A stretch of 64,000 bases of DNA, from assembly GCF_009914755.1 (NCBI RefSeq), contig NC_060927.1; one strand, 5' to 3'. The stretch comes from the human T2T-CHM13v2.0 reference genome, Homo sapiens. The notes beneath the pieces were generated by a model that worked only from the letters and a program-made list of their open reading frames with translations, did not search any database and was not told where the DNA came from. The position numbers and the translations under genes are program-made. Below, piece after piece: positions 57,821 through 64,000 of this stretch (positions are counted from its first letter, which is position 1; each line of letters opens with the position of its first letter).

Positions 57821-59446
57821 TCTGCCTGCTTTGCGATTCAGGAAGAGTCCAAGCCGACTCAAAGGCAGCCGGTCAGCATCAGGCTTACGCATCTCTTGAC
57901 TCACTTTGTACCACACCAACTACCAGCAGATGCTCAAACAAATGTCCTCTGATAACAGAAAGCAGATTCAGTCTCTTTGGATCAATTACATGTTAAACCA
58001 AAATCCTCTTATAGGGTGGGGGCAATCTCAGACACGTGCACCGTGCCAGTTAAGGCAAAAGCCAAGCAATGTGTATATGCACAAGCTTTTCTGAACACTT
58101 ACAGTCCTGTGTCTACTCACGGCATCCAGATCAGGAGGGCTGGGATCACTGTAATCGATTCTCATCACTGTAAACTCCTGCATTCACTCTGTGATTGGGA
58201 TGTGAAGGGTCGGGGGCAGGGAGGGAGTGTCCCCCCACCCCCCTTATTTCCTGTTTCTAATTTTCAGGCAGCACCTGTCACCAGCAGTCTTGACTTTCAC
58301 AGTTTTCTTTTGAGCCTCTTTGCTTTTTTCTCATACTTGTTCTAAGGTTTATCAGAGGAAACACTTGCCCTCCCAAGGATGGCCTCCATGCTGTGACAGA
58401 TTAATCCAAGTTGAGTGAACTTCCTTCAGACAGAGGACACTAATTATTATGAAGGCACTTAGAACACAATGCGAGCTGACATCTCACAGGCCATTCCCTG
58501 CCAACTCTGCATTGTCTTAATGTCAGACCCTGTCAGTTCCCAGCCTTAATTATATCCTGTTTACAAACATTAGGCCTGACTTCAGATGAAGCATTAACAA
58601 AGGTTGACAAAGGTCAGGGTCACATCGCAAGGATGTTATCTGTCTATACTCTCCTCCCGATAAACCAGAGGTAGAGGGCTGATCCGAGAGATAGCTTTCA
58701 GAGCAGAAAAATGCAGTGTGGTCACTGGAATATCTAATCTCTGCGGACACATTTTCATCCAATCTGCTAAATGCTGTGGCAGGGAGAGGGGGGCAAATTT
58801 AGAGGGCCAACTTGGTGCTACTTATCTTAAATCCCCTGAGGGCAGACATGGCAAAGGTGTTGGTAAAAACCTCTTTCAATAGGAAGAACAATCATCACCC
58901 TTTGCCACTGAATCAAGAAACTAATTCAAAGCGTTAAAAAACAGCAACCACCACCACCCAACCCCTGTTAAAATAGGGACCTGTTTTAAAGATGACAAGC
59001 AAGTTTGAATTACTATACTTGGCCTTACTTTTTAAATCTTATTATTTTCAAATGTTTTTATATTAGGGTCAATGAGCAGCTAAGCAGATTTTTCTTAAGC
59101 AAAGCACTCTTTAGATTCATTTTATATGCTGAATTTGTAGGTATCACATCAGACTTGCATTCAAATTAATCAGACTCAGGTTTCTTTGAATTTCAGTAAG
59201 TTAAAACAGTAATTACTATCACATACAACCCATTCTTTTCTTTAGGTTATGATCTTAGTGATCATCTGCCAAATCTCTATATTTTACAAATGGGAAGACA
59301 GTGGCTCAATGAGGTCGAAGTATTTAACCTAACTGAATCTTACAGCACAGTGGTGGAAAGTTCAGGCTAAAACCAAAATTCTCTCCCCCTAATCTAGGAT
59401 TCTTCCCATACTTGGGAAATTAAACCTTTTTTAAAAAGTATTTTTA

Positions 59447-59759
59447 GGCCAGGTGCAGTGGCTCATGCCTGTAGTCCCAGCACTTTGGGAGGCCGAGGTG
59501 GGCAGATCACTTGAGGCCGGGAGTTCAAGACCAGCCCGGCCAACATGGCAAAACCCCGTCTCTTCTTTAAAAATACGAAAATTAGCTGGGTGTGATGGTG
59601 GGCGCTTGTAGTCCCAGCTACTCAACTTGGGAGGCTGAGGCACTAGAATTGCTTGAACCCAGGAGGCGGAGGTTGTAGTGAGCCGAGATCGTGCCACTGC
59701 ACTCCAGTCTGGGCAACAGAGTTAGACTCTGTCTTAAAAAAAAAAAGCACAAAAAAAAA
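59447..59759 (+). mobile_element. AluSx/Sz, full length (MIR3 relic immediately upstream, about 59240-59410)
   Basis: Both arms and A-tail; TSD-like aaagtatt(t/c)tta. Confidence 0.95.
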
Positions 59760-60299
59760 TTTTTTTTAAAGTATTCTTACAGAAGCTGACATCTATTTAC
59801 TAGACATCTGTTTAACAATTTCTATAATTTCCCCCATCAGCCTTCTCTCCCAACTAAATAACTTAGATTCTTTTCATCTTATAAGTTCCTGTCTGCCAAC
59901 ATGTAAATTGCTTTAAATGTTCTTTTCTGGACACACTCCTCTAAGTCTTGAAATTCCCATAGGGCACACAAAAGCACTCAGTAGATAATTTATTTAACTG
60001 CTTGGGCCTCATTTGTTTCTTCCACAGTATTGAGGCTTGTATTGTGCTAGGTCCAGGTCATTTTCTTATCTGGGTCCAGTTAGTTGCAATCTGTTCGACA
60101 GGCCATCTCCCTAAATGCACAGCTTGTGCAACTGAGTTCCAGGTGAATTAACACTTTTTGAAATTTATCTCCTTCAGTCTCTAGCTCCTCCCTCATCCCC
60201 CAACCACCCTACCATACCCTGAGGCCAAGGCCAAGACTTACTTCCAGGCCTCCTACTTACTAACGCTCCCAAGAAATTTCCTCTGTTCCCAGATTTTTG

Positions 60300-60665
60300 A
60301 TTTCTTGCCACCAGTGGACAACTCTGAATTGTTCAGACTTAGCCCTATCTCCTCACATCTCTTTCTTCCTCATCTCTGTGAGAGGCATCTATAGCACAAT
60401 GTTAACTCAAATGCAGTAAGCGTAAGAACAAATCTCCTCCAGGGTCCTTCTCCCAGTCCTCCCATCTTGGATAGAAGAAACACCGTTCTCCTCATGCCCA
60501 ATATTTACTTCAGAGGGTCCTTTCTCAGCCCTAGCTACTTCCCCATAGTGACCAACTACATCTTGTTAACTGTTTTGTCCAAAGTGCCTGCCACAGAACC
60601 TGGAACATAGTAGGCACTTATAATATCTGATGAAAGAATCAATTAATGAATCAATGAATGAATAA
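60300..60665 (+). mobile_element. L2 relic/3' end
   Basis: agtgcctgccacagaacctggaacatagtaggcacttataatatctgatgaaagaat...atgaatgaat. Confidence 0.65.
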
Positions 60666-60697
60666 ACTTGGTGAAATCACGAAGTCTTGTCTATCTT

Positions 60698-60799
60698 TCT
60701 CCACAGCATCCCAGCTCCCCCTTCCCACTTCTTCCTGCAGGGCCATCTCCACAGCATCCCAGCTCCCCCTTCCCACTTCTTCCTGCAGGGCCATCTCCA
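60698..60799. repeat. Perfect 48-bp tandem duplication (2.1 copies)
   Basis: tctccacagcatcccagctcccccttcccacttcttcctgcagggcca at 60698-60745 and 60746-60793, followed by tctcca. Confidence 0.97.
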
Positions 60800-63384
60800 T
60801 CCTCAACACTTTCATCACCAGGAGTCTGACTTACTAGAAACCAGGGTTGCTATATCAACTTTAGTTTCTCCACCTAATCCCTCCTAATCATGGCTGGGCA
60901 CAGACAGAAGCTCTGTACAAAAATTAGTGCTTCAATCTTACCTTAAAAACAGATCCTTTGTGACAATTCTATCAACTATTCTAATTTGTTATATAAAAAT
61001 GTCAAGTAGCTCTAGGCCCGGGTCCAACTCCTGCCAAATGTGACTTATTTTGTTTCCCCGGGATGACAATGAAATGCTGTTAACTACCTTTTGATGATGA
61101 TTCTCTGAACAGGTGTGCACCCCATAACATTCTGTGGTCTAGACCAGATTTCCCAGCTTATGGCAGATTATGTCATTTGGGACAGATTCCAAGGCTTGGT
61201 TTAAATAGATGTATTACTGCCTTGCTGTTCATGCATCAACCACATGCACACAGTGAAGGCAGATGAATCTGCCCATCAAGTGTGATGTGGAGCTCTCTGA
61301 TGACAAACTGGACTTACGGTAATAAAATTGAGGTTAGAGTGAAATTGAACTAAAATCCCTGGGTGTTATAGTCCTTTAACTTGCTTCACTCACTGTGATG
61401 AGCTGCATAGTTCAGAAGGCAATAGTTACTAATAGTTTAAAAAGTTGTGCTTTAAGATGTTTCCATTGCAGAACTGTAAGTTGTGTCCTTTTTGTGTCTG
61501 CCAGCCAGTGGCTGGAATGCTCAGTCCGGAATTTCTATCAATTAGCAGAGGAAATAAATGCAGCGGGTAGAGGTAGAGGAGGAGGGAGAAAGGCAGAGAG
61601 AAAAATAAATGAAAAAAATGAATTCTTTCCTTTAAAACCTTGAGGAGGTGTGATAAAGCTGGCCTTTTTGCATGCATTACATATATATTTTAGTACTAAG
61701 TACAATTTAAAGATGGACAATAATCATCTGTTATCTGGGTCACACTGACACATTAATGGTTCTATTTGTAAGTCTTAGGACAAGATCAATAATTGAGAGC
61801 TTTAAAAACACCAGGCACACCTGCAACCTCTTCCCACCACTGAAAAATAACTGCCTGCTCTTTTTTTCAGGAGATCATTTTACTTTCTCTGCATTTGTAA
61901 TGCCAGTCATAGGCACAACTTACTCTCCCATCAGAATTGGATTACATCAGTGGCTAGTGCATCCAGAAATACAGACCTAATATTTCACAATTGTTCTACA
62001 AGGGTGTGCACATACTTTACTACCCCAAACCAAAAAGAAATCTAATTTTAGGGGGAAAGGAGTTGAGATGGTCATAAGAAAACCATGTCGGTAATCTAGC
62101 ACATACCTTTACATTTTTGAGTGTGAAAATGTCCAGTGCTTAAGTGAACTCCAGAATTCCTAATATGCTTACAACAAGCTGTTTAATTCAAGTGCAAGAG
62201 ATCTTTTCTAAGTAGGAAAAGACACACTAACACAAGCAACATTTTTACAGTTCTTAAGCACAGAGTCAAAAAAAAAAGAGAGAGAGAGACATCGTTTTAC
62301 AAAATAACTTGTTTTTCCACACTCATTCTGCCTTATTTGTTCAGTGGTGAATGGTTGGGGGACAGAGGGAGTCGGCGACTAAAAGGTTTTTGGTCTATAA
62401 GGAGTTGGAAGCATGTGAAAGAAGAGGTTTTGAGGATGTATAATTAAGCAGAAATCCTCAGCACTCACTAAAAAGGAATCAAGGTGAATGGAGGATCAAC
62501 TGTGACCACACTGACTACTGAAGCCTTGAATGCCAAAACCTTTCCTTTCATTCAGGCATCTGGTTCTAAAGCAAGATAATTTTCAATTTTAAACAGTGCT
62601 AGATTTGATTGTAAAAATGTCTCTTGCATGCGATAGGACAGTTGCTGTCCTCATTCTCCTTTCCTCAGCACCTTAAATACCAGCCACATAGCAGATGCCC
62701 GATGAATGTTCACGGAATGAGTAAATAACCCCTGAATGGGTTCAAGGGTCCAAATATTGTCTTGGGTTCTCCTATGTGTCACGCTTTAAAACAATCCCTT
62801 TATAATATCTGAGAGCCAGTATAGTTTTAAATCAACTTACCAACAATATACAATTCAACTCAGAAAGTAAATAGAAATAAGCAAGATAATTTTCTGCCTT
62901 ACTGGTCAACAATCAAAAACTTTTTAGAATCCCGGTAGACACAGTACTGGATAATTCTGCATTAAAAGAAGAAGCAGCAGATCAAGACTGTCCTCAGCAG
63001 TTCCACCCACATCCAACAACTGAGAGAGCAGTTGCCTTCTGAGAATGACAGTAGGGAGCTCCAAGCGGAGCTCCCACCCAACAGATCCAGCCTCACCTTT
63101 CATTTCGCCACAGCACAGCAGCAGCTCTCCTGTGGTCCTGCTTGCAGGTAGAGAGCACATGAGGGGAAAAAAGAGGGATCTGGTATGGGATTGTACCATA
63201 GGCCAGATCCTAAGGAACAATATTATTTTATACTCCTATGACAATCCCAACTCACTCACTCCATTGTGTCTGCCCATGTTTCTGAGCAACTTGGAGCTAG
63301 CCAACTCCTGTGGGGCCAGCAGCCTAGGCAAATAGCAGTCATCATTTATTGGTACAACGTAAATATTCAGTACAGACATATAAA

Positions 63385-63520
63385 GTAAATATTATTATCA
63401 CCATTTTACTGGGGAGATAATTAAAGCTAATCTATTTAGCAGGTAATGGAGTTAGGATCTGAACCTTGGTTTGTCTGACTTTAAAACATGAGAATTTTTT
63501 TTCACCATACCATACTACCT
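63385..63520 (-). mobile_element. MIR fragment
   Basis: tattattatcaccattttac...ggagttaggatctgaaccttggtttgtctgact. Confidence 0.6.
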
Positions 63521-64000
63521 CCTGGGCCCTATCGAAGCTGAGATTCCAGAAGAGAATGAGTTACACAGGAGGCATCATCATCTGCATTCAAAGTAGGCAT
63601 CATTTTCAGATGAAGTCCTTTGTATATATGGGCCTAACAATTTAAGCTCAAAAGATTAAAATTTGAAGACACCTAAATATCACAAAGTGACAAACATTTT
63701 AGAAGTCTCTCATTCCACCACATACTACAGAGGGAAGCATCTTTGTAAAAATATCTTGCAAGATTTACTTGTACTTATAAAAATAAATTTTACATATATT
63801 AACATTCAACATGTATTAACATTGCATAGTACTTTTCCACTGAAAGAGTTCAAAGCATTTTTCAAATACCAATTTTTTTATTCATCTGACTGGGGGGAAA
63901 ATGCTGAAACATTATGGACAAGCTCTAGGAAGCATCTCTTAAATAATCTAACTTCCTTCTTCCCAAAATAATTCAGGCATCTCAAGATAAAATACACATA

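Noticed and set aside
57641-57919. 92-aa minus-strand ORF
   Set aside because: Degenerate L1 ORF2 C-terminus plus flank; not a gene.

Overview
Human (primate) AT-rich intronic DNA with no intact native protein-coding exon. Much of the window is recognisable transposon relics: about 12 Alu/FLAM copies, several old L1M fragments, many MIR/L2 pieces, MER5, an ERVL/MaLR-type LTR and a CR1/L3 fragment, plus microsatellites. The key feature is a very young, 5'-truncated, minus-strand processed pseudogene of ribosomal protein L22 (31154-31982), with a poly(A) tail, a 14-16 bp target-site duplication and a 7-nt deletion. Its structure matches RPL22P1 ('EAP'), which from recall lies in the large first intron of MDS1/MECOM at 3q26. 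This locus assignment is recall plus inference and was not aligned. The retrocopy carries a cryptic splice acceptor and two AATAAA signals, so it can act as a gene-trap terminal exon; a phase-1 splice gives a 17-aa out-of-frame tail matching the one I recall for RUNX1-EAP fusions. Also seen are plus-strand exon-like segments of a probable antisense lncRNA, several repeat-free motif-dense blocks that look like conserved enhancers, and some non-B-DNA or recent-mutation signatures. Boundaries and subfamilies of old repeats are approximate and were called by eye.
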